A stretch of 64,000 nucleotides of DNA from contig JAFGFN010000181.1 of the NCBI GenBank assembly GCA_016931035.1, forward strand, positions 3,664 to 67,663, read 5' to 3'. This stretch comes from Candidatus Sumerlaeota bacterium (GTDB taxonomy: Bacteria > Sumerlaeota > Sumerlaeia > UBA8349). This document shows, piece by piece, positions 42,599 to 52,745 of this stretch. A model generated the notes under the pieces. The model was not told where the DNA came from, ran no database searches, and saw only the letters and a list, made by a program, of their open reading frames with translations. The position numbers and the translations under genes are program-made. The first letter of the stretch is position 1. Each line of letters begins with the position of its first letter.

Positions 42599-44628
42599 TG
42601 AACCCTGATATCCCTACCTCTGACGCTCCCGGAACTGTTGATTATGCCTCGACTTTTCGTCCCGGGCGCGCCCTGACGAACACCGGGGCGAGCCCGTTCG
42701 CCCAGATGCGCGGCGTGAATATGGACGCCGTGCGGTGGACTAAAGGGTTCTGGGCCGAGAAGTTCGATTTGTGTCGCGCGACGATGGTGCCGAACATGTG
42801 GCGGCTTCTGAGCGACACGCAGTTCAGCCACGCCTACAACAATTTCCTCGTCGCCGCCGGATTGGTCGAGGGGCGGCATCGCGGACCCAAATGGAACGAC
42901 GGCGATTTCTACAAGTGGCTCGAAGCCGCCGCCTACGTTTGCGGTCTGACCCGCGACAAGGACCTCGACGCCCTGATCGATGAGGTCGCGGAACTCCTCG
43001 GCAAGGTCCAACGCCCCAACGGTTACATCCACACTCCGGTCATCGTCGCCGAGAAATCCGACGGCGCGGCGGACCGCGCCTTCGGCGAACGGATGGACTT
43101 CGAGACCTACAATCTCGGCCACTTGATGACGACCGGCTGCGTCCACTATCGCGCGACGGGCAAAACCAACTTGCTCGATCCGGCGCGCAAGGCGGCGGAC
43201 TTCCTCGTCGACTACTTCAAGACGGCCCGCGCCGATCTTGCCCGCAACGCCGTCTGCCCCTCGCACTACATGGGCGCGGTCGAGATGTACCGCACGACCG
43301 GAGAAGAACGGTATCGCGAGCTGGCGCGGAACCTGATCGAGATACGCGATCTTTTCAAGGACGGAGGAGACGACAACCAGGACCGGATTCCGCTCCGCGA
43401 ACAGACCGAGGCCGTCGGCCACGCGGTCCGAGCCAACTATCTCTACGCGGGCGTCGCCGACGTCTACATGGAAACGGGCGACGCCACGCTTCTCGACACG
43501 CTGAACGCTTTGTGGAAGAGCGTCGTGTTCGAGAAGATGTACGTGACCGGGGCGTGCGGCGCTCTGTTCGACGGCGCGTCGCCCTACGGAGTGAAGGACC
43601 AGGCGTCGATCACCCGCACCCATCAGGCGTACGGACGCCAGTACGAATTGCCGAACGTGACTTCGCACAACGAGACGTGCGCCAACATCGGCAACGCGAT
43701 CTGGAACTGGCGAATGCTCCAGATCACGGGCGAAGGTCGGTTCGCCGACGTGATGGAACTGGTCTTCTACAACAGTCTTCTTTGCGGAATCGGTCTCGAC
43801 GGCAAGTCGTTCTTCTATACGAACCCCATGCGGGTACTGAAGGACCAACCCTACCCGCTTCGCTGGTCGCGCCGGCGCCAACCCTATATCGGGTGCTTCT
43901 GTTGTCCCCCGAACGCGGTCCGGACGATCGCCGAGATGAACAGCTATGCCTACTCGGTTTCGGAAGATGCGGTCTGGGTCCATCTCTACGGTAGCAACGC
44001 GCTCGAAACCGATCTGCCCGACGGAGGGAAGATCGCCCTGGAACAAGAGACCGATTATCCGTGGGACGGACGCGTTCGAATCGTCGTTCGGTCGGCTCCG
44101 TCTCCCGATTTCGCCTTGATGCTTCGCATTCCGGGTTGGGCGCAGGGCGCGTCGATCCGAGTGAACGGCCAAGCGACCGACGCCGAGATCAAGCCGGGCG
44201 ACTATTGCGTTCTCAAGCGTCGTTGGGCGGCGGGCGACGCGGTCGAACTCGACCTCCCGATGCCGGTCCGCTTCCTCGAAGCGAACCCGCTGGTCGAAGA
44301 GACTCTGAACCAGGTCGCCGTCCAGCGCGGCCCGATCGTCTATTGTCTCGAATCGGCGGATCTGCCCGAAGGGGTTGGAGTCCTCGAGGTCCGCGTTTCT
44401 CCGGATACCGTTTTCACGCCGCGCATGGATTCGGAGTTGTTGGCCGGGGAGCGCGTCGTGGTCCTCGAAGGCAAGGCGCAACGCATTCCCCAAGGCGAGT
44501 GGGGCGGGACGCTCTATCGCGACGTTCGGACGCCGGAGTCCGAGACGATCGACATCCGGCTCGTTCCGTATTACGCTTGGGGTAACCGTAGCGAAGGGGA
44601 GATGACCGTTTGGATGCCGAAACGGTGA
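42598..44628 (+). CDS. GH127 glycoside hydrolase (beta-L-arabinofuranosidase / aceric acid hydrolase family)
   Basis: DGDFYKWLEA, ETYNLGHL, AVGHAVRANYLY, YVTGACG, NETCANIG, CFCCPPN, QRGPIVYC and VPYYAWGNR motifs. No signal peptide. Confidence 0.9.
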   Translation: MNPDIPTSDAPGTVDYASTFRPGRALTNTGASPFAQMRGVNMDAVRWTKGFWAEKFDLCRATMVPNMWRLLSDTQFSHAYNNFLVAAGLVEGRHRGPKWNDGDFYKWLEAAAYVCGLTRDKDLDALIDEVAELLGKVQRPNGYIHTPVIVAEKSDGAADRAFGERMDFETYNLGHLMTTGCVHYRATGKTNLLDPARKAADFLVDYFKTARADLARNAVCPSHYMGAVEMYRTTGEERYRELARNLIEIRDLFKDGGDDNQDRIPLREQTEAVGHAVRANYLYAGVADVYMETGDATLLDTLNALWKSVVFEKMYVTGACGALFDGASPYGVKDQASITRTHQAYGRQYELPNVTSHNETCANIGNAIWNWRMLQITGEGRFADVMELVFYNSLLCGIGLDGKSFFYTNPMRVLKDQPYPLRWSRRRQPYIGCFCCPPNAVRTIAEMNSYAYSVSEDAVWVHLYGSNALETDLPDGGKIALEQETDYPWDGRVRIVVRSAPSPDFALMLRIPGWAQGASIRVNGQATDAEIKPGDYCVLKRRWAAGDAVELDLPMPVRFLEANPLVEETLNQVAVQRGPIVYCLESADLPEGVGVLEVRVSPDTVFTPRMDSELLAGERVVVLEGKAQRIPQGEWGGTLYRDVRTPESETIDIRLVPYYAWGNRSEGEMTVWMPKR

Positions 44629-44712
44629 TCGGTCAACAGTCATCAGTCATCGGTGAATTGTGGGAAATCGGGAGTTGAGACTGTCGGATCTCGGAAAGGC
44701 GGACCGCGAACC

Positions 44713-46002
44713 ATGATCGATTACGATCAATTCGTTCTTCCGGAGAATCCCATCCTGGAAGATCATCTTGTCGCGACCTATCTGTTGCGCACCTCGGCGC
44801 CGGACCTGCTCCAGCTCGCCGCGACGATGGCGACCGAGCAGACCGTCGGCACGTGGATCGGCGTCCCCGGCGAGACGCGCGAGATGCTCCGCAAACACAG
44901 GGGCAAAGTCCTCAACGTCTGGGAGATTCCCGATATCGAGAACGACGTGTCGCGCTCCGAGCGCGGCGACCGGCGCGAGTGCGTCGTCCAGATCGCCTAT
45001 CCGTCGTGCAACTTCGGCGGCCAGATCCCGATGATTCTGACCACGGCTTTCGGCAACATCTCGATGATCGGCGACATCAAACTCCTCGATCTCGCCTTTC
45101 CGAGAACGCTCACCGCCCAACTCCCCGGTCCCCGCTTCGGAATCCCGGGTGTGCGCGACCTCCTGGGCGTGGCGGAACGTCCGCTTCTCAACACGATGAT
45201 CAAGCCGTCGACCGGGATCACGCCCGAACAGGGCGCGGAACTGCTCTACGCCGCGGCCGTCGGCGGCACCGACATCGTCAAGGACGACGAGGTCCTTCCC
45301 GACACGGATTTCTCGCCCGCGCTTCGGCGCGTCGAACTCTATATGAAGAATCTCCGCCGGGCCGAGGCCGAGACGGGCGAGAAGAAGATCTATACGGTCA
45401 ACGTGACCGACGAACCCGAGCGCTGCCTGCGTCGGGCCGAAGCGGCGGTCGAGGCCGGGGCCAACGGCGTCATGATCAACTTTCTGACCGCGGGCATCGC
45501 GCTTCTTTCGTCCCTCGCGCGCAACCCGAAGATCCGCGTCCCGATTCTCGCGCATCTGGATTTCGGAGGCGCGCTCTATGCCAGCCCTCGTCACGGAATC
45601 AGCTCGCCTCTTCTCTACGGCAAGCTGGCGCGTCTGGCCGGGGTCGATTTGGTCACGATTCCCACTCCCTACGGCAAGTTCGCGCTCACGCGCGAGAAGT
45701 ATCTTCGGTCGATCCTCGGTCTGCGCGGCGATCTCCACGACACGCGCGCCGCGTGGCCGATCGTCGGAGGGGCGATCAAACAAGGCCACCTCCCGCAGCT
45801 CTTCTCCGACCTGGGACGCGACTTCGTCGTCGGAGCGGGCGGCGCGATCTACGCCCACCCGATGGGACCGACCGGCGGGGCCAAAGCCTTCCGCCAAGGG
45901 ATCGACGTCGTGATGAAACGCGGGACGTTCGACGGCGCGGAGAAGGAGTACCCCGAGCTCGCCGCCGCCGTCGAGCGATGGGGATCGAGCGTCGAGAGGT
46001 AG
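44713..46002 (+). CDS. RubisCO-like protein (form IV)
   Basis: EQTVGTW, GPRFGIPGVR, IKPSTG, GGTDIVKDDE (carbamylation motif), GKLARLAGVD and GGAIYAHPMG. The second Lys of KPK and the HRAMH motif are replaced (HLDFG), so it is not a carboxylase. Confidence 0.92.
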   Translation: MIDYDQFVLPENPILEDHLVATYLLRTSAPDLLQLAATMATEQTVGTWIGVPGETREMLRKHRGKVLNVWEIPDIENDVSRSERGDRRECVVQIAYPSCNFGGQIPMILTTAFGNISMIGDIKLLDLAFPRTLTAQLPGPRFGIPGVRDLLGVAERPLLNTMIKPSTGITPEQGAELLYAAAVGGTDIVKDDEVLPDTDFSPALRRVELYMKNLRRAEAETGEKKIYTVNVTDEPERCLRRAEAAVEAGANGVMINFLTAGIALLSSLARNPKIRVPILAHLDFGGALYASPRHGISSPLLYGKLARLAGVDLVTIPTPYGKFALTREKYLRSILGLRGDLHDTRAAWPIVGGAIKQGHLPQLFSDLGRDFVVGAGGAIYAHPMGPTGGAKAFRQGIDVVMKRGTFDGAEKEYPELAAAVERWGSSVER

Positions 46003-46073
46003 GCGAGAGGGACGCGTGAGTCGCGGACTTCGCCCCAAGATACGAGAAAGCGAGAGACTAGGAGGAAGAACTC

Positions 46074-46733
46074 ATGGCGGGCAAACGATTTGCGCTCCTG
46101 CACACCTCGGCCACCTTGGCCCCGATCTTCAAGTCGCTCTGCGACGAACTGATTCCGGGCGCCGATTTCTTTCACATGGTCGACGAAAGTCTCATCCAGA
46201 ACACGATCCGAGCGGGTCGTCTGACCCCCGCGACGGCCCAGCGCGTCGTCCGGCACCTGGCCGCGGCCGAGCAGGCGGGGGCCGAGGTCGCGATGGTCAC
46301 CTGTTCGTCGATCGGCCCGGCCGTGGATGGCGCCCAGCCGTTTCTCGGGATTCCCGCCCTGCGCGTCGATCGACCGATGGCCGACAAGGCGGTGACGATC
46401 GGGCGGCGGGTCGGGGTGCTCGCCACGTTGAACACGACGCTCGAGCCGACGGCTTCGCTCATCGTTCGCCGCGCCGAGGCTGCGGGCAAGGAGATCGATC
46501 TTCAAGACCGGCTGTGCGAAGGCGCCTTCGACGCGTTCCTGGCGGGCGACATGGCCAAGCACGACGCCATGGTTCGCGAAGGGCTGAAGGACCTGGGCGG
46601 TCGCGTCGATTTGATCGTTCTGGCCCAGGTCTCGATGGCGCGGGTGGCCGATTCGCTCGACGAAAGCGAAAAGCCGGTCCCGATTCTCACAAGCCCGCGT
46701 CTCGGGGTTGAGTATTTGGCCCAAATGCTGTAG
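46074..46733 (+). CDS. Aspartate/glutamate racemase-family protein
   Basis: LLHTS, VDESL, TCSSIG, RVDRPMA, VGVLATLNTTLEPT and IVLAQVSMAR motifs. Confidence 0.8.
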   Translation: MAGKRFALLHTSATLAPIFKSLCDELIPGADFFHMVDESLIQNTIRAGRLTPATAQRVVRHLAAAEQAGAEVAMVTCSSIGPAVDGAQPFLGIPALRVDRPMADKAVTIGRRVGVLATLNTTLEPTASLIVRRAEAAGKEIDLQDRLCEGAFDAFLAGDMAKHDAMVREGLKDLGGRVDLIVLAQVSMARVADSLDESEKPVPILTSPRLGVEYLAQML

Positions 46734-46834
46734 GAATGGGCTCTTGTCGATATCCGCGTCGGCGCCCTCGACCGCGCCGCGCATTCACGCGGAGAGGGAA
46801 CGCCGACGCGACGTTGTGAAAGGGGCATTCTGCA

Positions 46835-47638
46835 ATGCGACGATGGGATTCCTTCTCGAAGACCGTCGGTCCGCTTTCCTGGGTCCTGCCGATGCTTTTC
46901 CTTCTCACGGTCGTTCCAGGAGGATCGGCCAACGCTTCAGACTTGGACACGGAGGGCTCTACGGTGGTTCGTATCTTCACGATCGGCGACTCGACAATGG
47001 CGGACAAACCCCTCATGGACAATCCCGAACGCGGGTGGGGACAGATGCTTCCGTTGTACGTCGAGCGGAACGTCGAGATTCACAATCACGCGGCCAACGG
47101 TCGCAGCACCAAGACGTTTATCGAAGAGGGCCGTTGGCAGAAGGTCCTCGACGAACTCCGTCCCGGCGATTTCGTCATCATCCAGTTCGGACACAACGAT
47201 GCGAAGGTGAACAGCGAGCGCTATACCGACCCCTTCACCACGTACAAGGGCAACCTGGCGAAATACGTCACGGAAAGCCGCGCCAAGGGGGCGACGCCGA
47301 TCCTCGCGACGCCGATCGACCGCCGTCGCTTCGACGACGAGGGTCATTTCCGCGATAGCCACGGCGACTACCCGCCGGCTTGTCGCCAGGCGGCGCAAGA
47401 GAACGACGTTCCTCTTCTCGAAATGCAGAAGCTGAGCGAAGACTTGATCGTCCGCCACGGCGTCGAGGGATCGAAGCGGTTGTTCCTCCACGTCGAGCCC
47501 GGCATCTACGACAAGTTTCCCAAGGGGAAGGAAGACAACACGCATTTCGGCGCTTACGGCGCGAGCCGGTTCGCCGAGCTGGCCGTTCAGGAAATGCGCC
47601 GTCTCGATCTCCCGTTCGCCAAGTACTTGAAGGACTGA
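46835..47638 (+). CDS. Rhamnogalacturonan acetylesterase (CE12, SGNH hydrolase)
   Basis: IGDSTM, GWGQ, NHAANGRSTKTF, IQFGHND and DNTH motifs; signal peptide. Confidence 0.9.
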   Translation: MRRWDSFSKTVGPLSWVLPMLFLLTVVPGGSANASDLDTEGSTVVRIFTIGDSTMADKPLMDNPERGWGQMLPLYVERNVEIHNHAANGRSTKTFIEEGRWQKVLDELRPGDFVIIQFGHNDAKVNSERYTDPFTTYKGNLAKYVTESRAKGATPILATPIDRRRFDDEGHFRDSHGDYPPACRQAAQENDVPLLEMQKLSEDLIVRHGVEGSKRLFLHVEPGIYDKFPKGKEDNTHFGAYGASRFAELAVQEMRRLDLPFAKYLKD

Positions 47639-47677
47639 TCCGGTCGTTTTTCAACACTGTCGCGATGAACTGCATGC

Positions 47678-47745
47678 CGTTCTGAGTACAGGCTTCAGCC
47701 TGCTCTTTTCGGCACAAGAGCAACCTGAAGGTTGTACTCCGGACT
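47678..47745. repeat. REP-like inverted pair related to 18791-18845
   Basis: GAGTACAGGCTTCAGCCTGCTC…GAGCAACCTGAAGGTTGTACTC. Confidence 0.6.
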
Positions 47746-47793
47746 CCTCATCTCGAGACTGACGGGCCACCAGCGCCCCAAAGGCTTCACGCG

Positions 47794-50700
47794 ATGAACC
47801 GACGATTTCTGAAGGAATTCAACGCTCCCCCGAACGAATGCCGCGCGGTGCCGTTCTGGGGCTGGAACGCGCGGATGGAACCCGAGGAATTGCGGCGACA
47901 GGTGCGCATCCTGCGCCGCATGGGTTTCGGCGGTTTCTTTGTCCATAGCCGCGTCGGGCTCGAGACCCCGTATCTCTCGGACGAATGGATGGATCGCATC
48001 GAGACGTGCGTCGAGGAAGCCGAGAAACTCGGCATGACGGCCTGGCTCTACGACGACGACCGGTGGCCCTCGGGCTTCGCGGGCGGAATCGTGACCCGCA
48101 ACCCCAAGTACAGCGGACGGATGCTCGAGATGGTCGTCCACCGCGAGTCGAAAGGGTTTCGGTGGGAGAAGGACACGTTGGCGGCGTTCGTCGCCCGCGT
48201 CGATCCTCCCAACGTCGCGGGGGTCAAACGTCTCGCTCGCGGGCGGCGTCCCGCGCGACTCGAACGGGGCGAATCGATCCTCACGTTTCGCGTCCGTCCG
48301 TTCATGGCCAGCGATTGGCATAACGGCCAGACGTACGTCGATACGATGAACCCCGAAGCAATCCGCGAGTTTCTCCGCGTGACTCACGAAGCGTATCGCA
48401 AGCGGTTCGGCGACCGGTTCGGCAAGAGCGTGCCGGGAATCTTCACCGACGAGCCGCACTATGCGCGGCGCAAAGAGATGGCTCCCGGAACGGGAGAAGT
48501 CGTCCCGTGGACCGACCGGCTTCCCGCCGTGTTTCGTCGGCGCTACGGTTTCGACATCGTCAACCATTTGCCCGAGCTCTTCTACGACTTGGACGGACAA
48601 GGCATCGCGCCGGCTCGGTGGCGGTTTCGCGATTGTCTCACGTTTCTTTTCACCGACTCGTTCGCCCGTCAGATCGGCGAGTGGTGCGCGAAGCACGGTC
48701 TGTTGCACACGGGTCACGTCCTGTCCGAACAAACGCTCTGGTCGCAGACGTACGTGGTCGGGAGCGCCATGCGGTTCTACGAACACATGCAGGCGCCGGG
48801 GATCGACGTCCTGACCGAGTACCGGCGCGAATACGACACGGCGAAACAGCTGAGCAGCGCGGCGCGTCAGTTCGGACAACGGTGGCGTTTGAGCGAAACC
48901 TACGGATGCACCGGTTGGGAGTTCGATTTCGAGGGCCACAAGGCGGTGAGCGACTGGCAGGCGGCCCTCGGCGTCAACCTGCGATGCCAGCACTTTGCGT
49001 TTTACACGATGCTGGGCGAAGCGAAGCGCGATTATCCCGCGAGCATCTTCTTCCAGTCGCCTTGGTGGGAGCATTACCGCCTGGTCGAGGACTATTTCGC
49101 CCGCATCCACGTCGCAATGAGTCGCGGACGCGAAGTGCGCGACATCCTAGTCGTCCATCCGGTCGAGAGCGCGTGGGTATTGTCCCGCGCCGGCGACGAC
49201 GCGCTGCGCGAGGAGCTGAATCGGCGTTCCGAAGCGCTGCGCGACGCCCTCCTCGCCGAGAACCTGGACTTCGACTACGGCGACGAGGACATCCTGGCCC
49301 GGCACGGACGGGTGACGCGGCGCGGCGGCCGCGTCGTCCTGCGCGTCGCAGAGGCCGAGTACTCGAGCGTCGTCGTCCCGCGGCTCCTCACCGTCCGCTC
49401 GACCACGCTCGCGCTTCTCAAGAAGTTCCAGAAGGCGGGCGGCGAGATCGTCTTCGTCGGCAACGGCGCCGACCGCGTCGACGCTCTCCCGAGCGACGAG
49501 GCGCGGGCTTTGGCCGTCGAGTGCGTTCGGGTTCGTCGCGAGAACGCCGAGGTGGCGCGGGTGCTCGACCCTTCGGCGCGGCGGGTTTCCATCGCCGACT
49601 CGGACGGAGACCAGATTCGTCCCGCGCTGTATTGTCTGCGCGAGGATCGCGACGCCTTCTATCTCTTCGTCTGCAATACGGGTCAGGACCAATTCGGAAA
49701 AGGCGACGGGACGCACAACGAGAAGGTGGCCGTGCGCCGGCGCCGCATGGAGTTTCCCGACGTCAGGATTCGCCTCAAGGGCCAAGGGGGCGGACGACCC
49801 GTCGAGCTCGATCCCCTCACCGGCGAGACGTTCGCCGCCGCCGGTTCCGTCTCGTCGCGAGGTTGGACGGTTCGGACGAGTTTCTCCGCTCTCGGCAGCC
49901 GTCTCTTCGTCTTTCCCAAACGTGAATCGGCCGTGCGGCTCGCGCCGCGCAAGCTCCTGAAACAGAAGCGGTCCAAGACCCTCGATCCGAGCGAATGGGA
50001 GATCCAACTCTCCGAGACGAACTGTCTGGTCCTCGACCGGCCGCGCAGTCGCATCGCGGGCGGAGCGTGGAAGAAGCCCGAGGATATTCTCCGGATCGAC
50101 GACGCCGTGCGCCGGAGCCTAGGGATCGCGCGGCGTTCGGGATCGATGAAACAGCCCTGGGCGCGCACCGCGCCGCCGCGCCCGCGTTCGACCGTCGTGG
50201 AACTCGAGTACGAGTTCGAGGTGCGCGACATCCCCGTCGGTCCGCTCTATCTCGGAATCGAGCGACCCGACACCTTCTCGATCGCCCTCAACGGCCAACC
50301 CGTCGGCGCCGACGCGGAATGCGGGTGGTGGGTCGATCCCTCGATGCGAAAGGTCCCCCTGGACCCCGCCCTCTTGCGAACCGGTCGCAACGCGCTTTCG
50401 CTCGCGTGTTCTTACGGTGAATTGCACCCAGGGCTCGAGATCGTCTATCTTCTCGGCGCGTTCGGCGCCCGCGCGAAGGGGACCGACGTGTCGATCGTCG
50501 AATTCCCGCAGACGCTCCGGCTCGGCGACTGGACGCGCCAGGGATTGGCGTTCTACGGAGGATCGGTCACGTACTCGCGGACGATCCGTCCCGATCTGCG
50601 GGCGGGCGAGCGCCTCTTTGTCCACATCCCGTCCTACGAAGGCGTCGCCGTGCGGGTCCTCGTCGAGGGCCGGGAGGCGGGCGTCGTCGGTTGGGAGCCG

Positions 50701-50922
50701 AACGAAGTCGATATCACGCCCTTTGTCGGGACAGAGCCGGTGCGGATCGGCATCCAGGTTCTCGGACACCGGCGCAATTCGCACGGACCCCTCCACACGA
50801 CCCACCGGCCTCGCACGGTCGGGCCGACGATGTTCCGCACCTCGGGCGAGTGGTGGCAGGACGAATACCACCTCGTCCCCTGCGGACTGACCTCCCCGCC
50901 GAAGTTGATTGTGAAGAAGTGA
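47794..50922 (+). CDS. Large GH106-like glycoside hydrolase, cytoplasmic
   Basis: PFWGWN, MGFGGFFVHSRVGL, WLYDDDRWPSGFAGG, GIFTDEP, HMQAPGID, SETYG and KRDYP motifs. Confidence 0.8.
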   Translation: MNRRFLKEFNAPPNECRAVPFWGWNARMEPEELRRQVRILRRMGFGGFFVHSRVGLETPYLSDEWMDRIETCVEEAEKLGMTAWLYDDDRWPSGFAGGIVTRNPKYSGRMLEMVVHRESKGFRWEKDTLAAFVARVDPPNVAGVKRLARGRRPARLERGESILTFRVRPFMASDWHNGQTYVDTMNPEAIREFLRVTHEAYRKRFGDRFGKSVPGIFTDEPHYARRKEMAPGTGEVVPWTDRLPAVFRRRYGFDIVNHLPELFYDLDGQGIAPARWRFRDCLTFLFTDSFARQIGEWCAKHGLLHTGHVLSEQTLWSQTYVVGSAMRFYEHMQAPGIDVLTEYRREYDTAKQLSSAARQFGQRWRLSETYGCTGWEFDFEGHKAVSDWQAALGVNLRCQHFAFYTMLGEAKRDYPASIFFQSPWWEHYRLVEDYFARIHVAMSRGREVRDILVVHPVESAWVLSRAGDDALREELNRRSEALRDALLAENLDFDYGDEDILARHGRVTRRGGRVVLRVAEAEYSSVVVPRLLTVRSTTLALLKKFQKAGGEIVFVGNGADRVDALPSDEARALAVECVRVRRENAEVARVLDPSARRVSIADSDGDQIRPALYCLREDRDAFYLFVCNTGQDQFGKGDGTHNEKVAVRRRRMEFPDVRIRLKGQGGGRPVELDPLTGETFAAAGSVSSRGWTVRTSFSALGSRLFVFPKRESAVRLAPRKLLKQKRSKTLDPSEWEIQLSETNCLVLDRPRSRIAGGAWKKPEDILRIDDAVRRSLGIARRSGSMKQPWARTAPPRPRSTVVELEYEFEVRDIPVGPLYLGIERPDTFSIALNGQPVGADAECGWWVDPSMRKVPLDPALLRTGRNALSLACSYGELHPGLEIVYLLGAFGARAKGTDVSIVEFPQTLRLGDWTRQGLAFYGGSVTYSRTIRPDLRAGERLFVHIPSYEGVAVRVLVEGREAGVVGWEPNEVDITPFVGTEPVRIGIQVLGHRRNSHGPLHTTHRPRTVGPTMFRTSGEWWQDEYHLVPCGLTSPPKLIVKK

Positions 50923-50938
50923 AGGGTCTTCTCGCGAC

Positions 50939-52339
50939 TCAGGGCTTGGGATACTTGATGTCGAGCATCGCGTCGACGTCCATCGGGTCGGCGCCGAACT
51001 GCTTCTTCAGGGTCTCGCGCCAGATCGATTCGGACTCCATCTCGCCCTCGATCGGAAACGCGATTCGCTTCCCCTCGCGGAGCGACGACTCGCGCGCGGC
51101 GAATTCCATCAGGAGCGACATCATGGCGTCGCTCTCGTCGAACTCGCTCTCGCGGATGCCGCGCACGGCCAGGACGAAATCGACGATGTGATCCATGATC
51201 ATGCAGCCGTATTCCTGGTGTGTGTTGCCCAGGACGACGCCGGGCCGATAAGGATTCACGCATTCGAGCGGCCCGCGCGACGTTTGGCAGTGGGTGCGCG
51301 TCCACACGCCCCGCTTGTCATACTCGCGAACGACGACCGAGATTTCGTCGGCGCGTCCGCCGCCCTTGCGGTAGGGGTCCTCGGGCCGGTGGGCCTGCCG
51401 GTCGGAACAGACTCGCAGCTCGGTCCGCTGGCGCGACCGGCGTCCGTCCGAATCGAGTCGCTCCTCGACCTTGCCGTCCTCGTAGAACGTGACCGGATCG
51501 CCGACGGTGGTCGACATATCGGCGCGATGAACCAGCGTGCCGCGCTCGCCGTGCCACTCGGTGTATCCGGGGCGCGCGTGCCGCCCCAGGAAGCCCTTGA
51601 TGTTGGCCGCGTGGTCGGCGACGAACAAGCCGTCCGGGAACTCGAAGAACCGCACGCGATAGTTCTCCGTCTCGTGGAAACGCGCGGCCTCGGAGCGAAA
51701 CCCGATCGTCCGCATCGGGTGTTCGAGCGCCTGCACCCAGAGGGGGTGCGCCTGGGCGAAATGAATCCAGCGCGAGTTGTTGTGGTAGCCCGTATGGTCG
51801 CCGTAACAGACGATCCGCCCGATCCGGCCGATGACGCGCGAGTCGCGAACCGCGTTCGAGAACCGGTCGATCGAGAACCGGAAGAAGTTCTCCGCCACGC
51901 GGACGATCGCGCGGTGGGCGCGGGCGGTCTCGACCATGTCGCGCGCCTGAGCGGGGAGCGCGCACCAGGGGGTCTCGACGTGATTGTGAATGCCGTGGCT
52001 CGAGAGCAGGACCGAGATGGAATGGTGCGACGGCGCGGGAGTCACGACGATGGCCGCCTCCATCGGGCGGTCCCGGACGAGCTCGTGGATGTCGTAGTAC
52101 GGCCTCGCGCCCGTTTCGCTCGCCGCGGCGTCGCAGTGGTCGCGGACGGGGTCGCACACGGCGACGACCTCGACCCACGGCTTCATGTGTTGTAGGACCG
52201 GACGGTACGTGCTCGTCGAGCGCGATCCCGCCCCGATCAGGGCGATCTTGAGCGGGTCGGGGGGGATGGGGATCTCGGGAGGGTCCATGACGGGGTCCGG
52301 TTTCGTGGGTTGCGCGACGTCGGGAACGCGAAACAGCAT
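50939..52339 (-). CDS. Gfo/Idh/MocA family NAD(P)-dependent oxidoreductase
   Basis: LKIALIGAG Rossmann motif, VVAVCD, VVTPAPSHH, ETP and VAENF. Start uncertain (52339 or 52288). Confidence 0.75.
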   Translation of the reverse strand: MLFRVPDVAQPTKPDPVMDPPEIPIPPDPLKIALIGAGSRSTSTYRPVLQHMKPWVEVVAVCDPVRDHCDAAASETGARPYYDIHELVRDRPMEAAIVVTPAPSHHSISVLLSSHGIHNHVETPWCALPAQARDMVETARAHRAIVRVAENFFRFSIDRFSNAVRDSRVIGRIGRIVCYGDHTGYHNNSRWIHFAQAHPLWVQALEHPMRTIGFRSEAARFHETENYRVRFFEFPDGLFVADHAANIKGFLGRHARPGYTEWHGERGTLVHRADMSTTVGDPVTFYEDGKVEERLDSDGRRSRQRTELRVCSDRQAHRPEDPYRKGGGRADEISVVVREYDKRGVWTRTHCQTSRGPLECVNPYRPGVVLGNTHQEYGCMIMDHIVDFVLAVRGIRESEFDESDAMMSLLMEFAARESSLREGKRIAFPIEGEMESESIWRETLKKQFGADPMDVDAMLDIKYPKP

Positions 52340-52643
52340 ACTCCGGCGCGGCCCGTGCCGCAACGAAATGAGGCGTCAGGCTTCAGGCCTGAGGCATTCG
52401 GCTTGGGGGGAAGAGGCTTGTAGGCCTTGAGATCGGAGGCTTCAGGCGCTGGGCCTCGGATGAGGGTTCATCCGCGTTTGTCGGCAGGGGAGGACTATTG
52501 CCGGAAGAGAATGGCCGCGGATGCACGCCGATAAACGCCGATGAGCCGTCGCCCCACTCCTCGCCCTACGATTTCGCTCCCGTGCGTACTACTATCTCCC
52601 GAAATCGTCGAAAGCCGCGACGATTTCGGACTGAGCGATGGGA

Positions 52644-52745
52644 CCCTCACCCCTGCCCCTCTCCCAGAGGGAGAGGGAGAAACCTCGAGGAAGGACCTTT
52701 TTTGCACCCCTCTCCCTACTGGGAGAGGGGCAGGGGGGTGAGGGC
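52644..52745. repeat. REP-like inverted pair (CCCTCACCCC…CCCTCTCCC…GGGAGAGGG family)
   Basis: CCCTCACCCCTGCCCCTCTCCCAGAGGGAGAGGG … CCCCTCTCCCTACTGGGAGAGGGGCAGGGGGGTGAGGG. Confidence 0.8.

Noticed and set aside
44713..46002. CO2-fixing RubisCO / Calvin cycle
   Set aside because: Key carboxylase residues are substituted (KPS, HLDFG), and there are no small subunit, prk or cbb genes.
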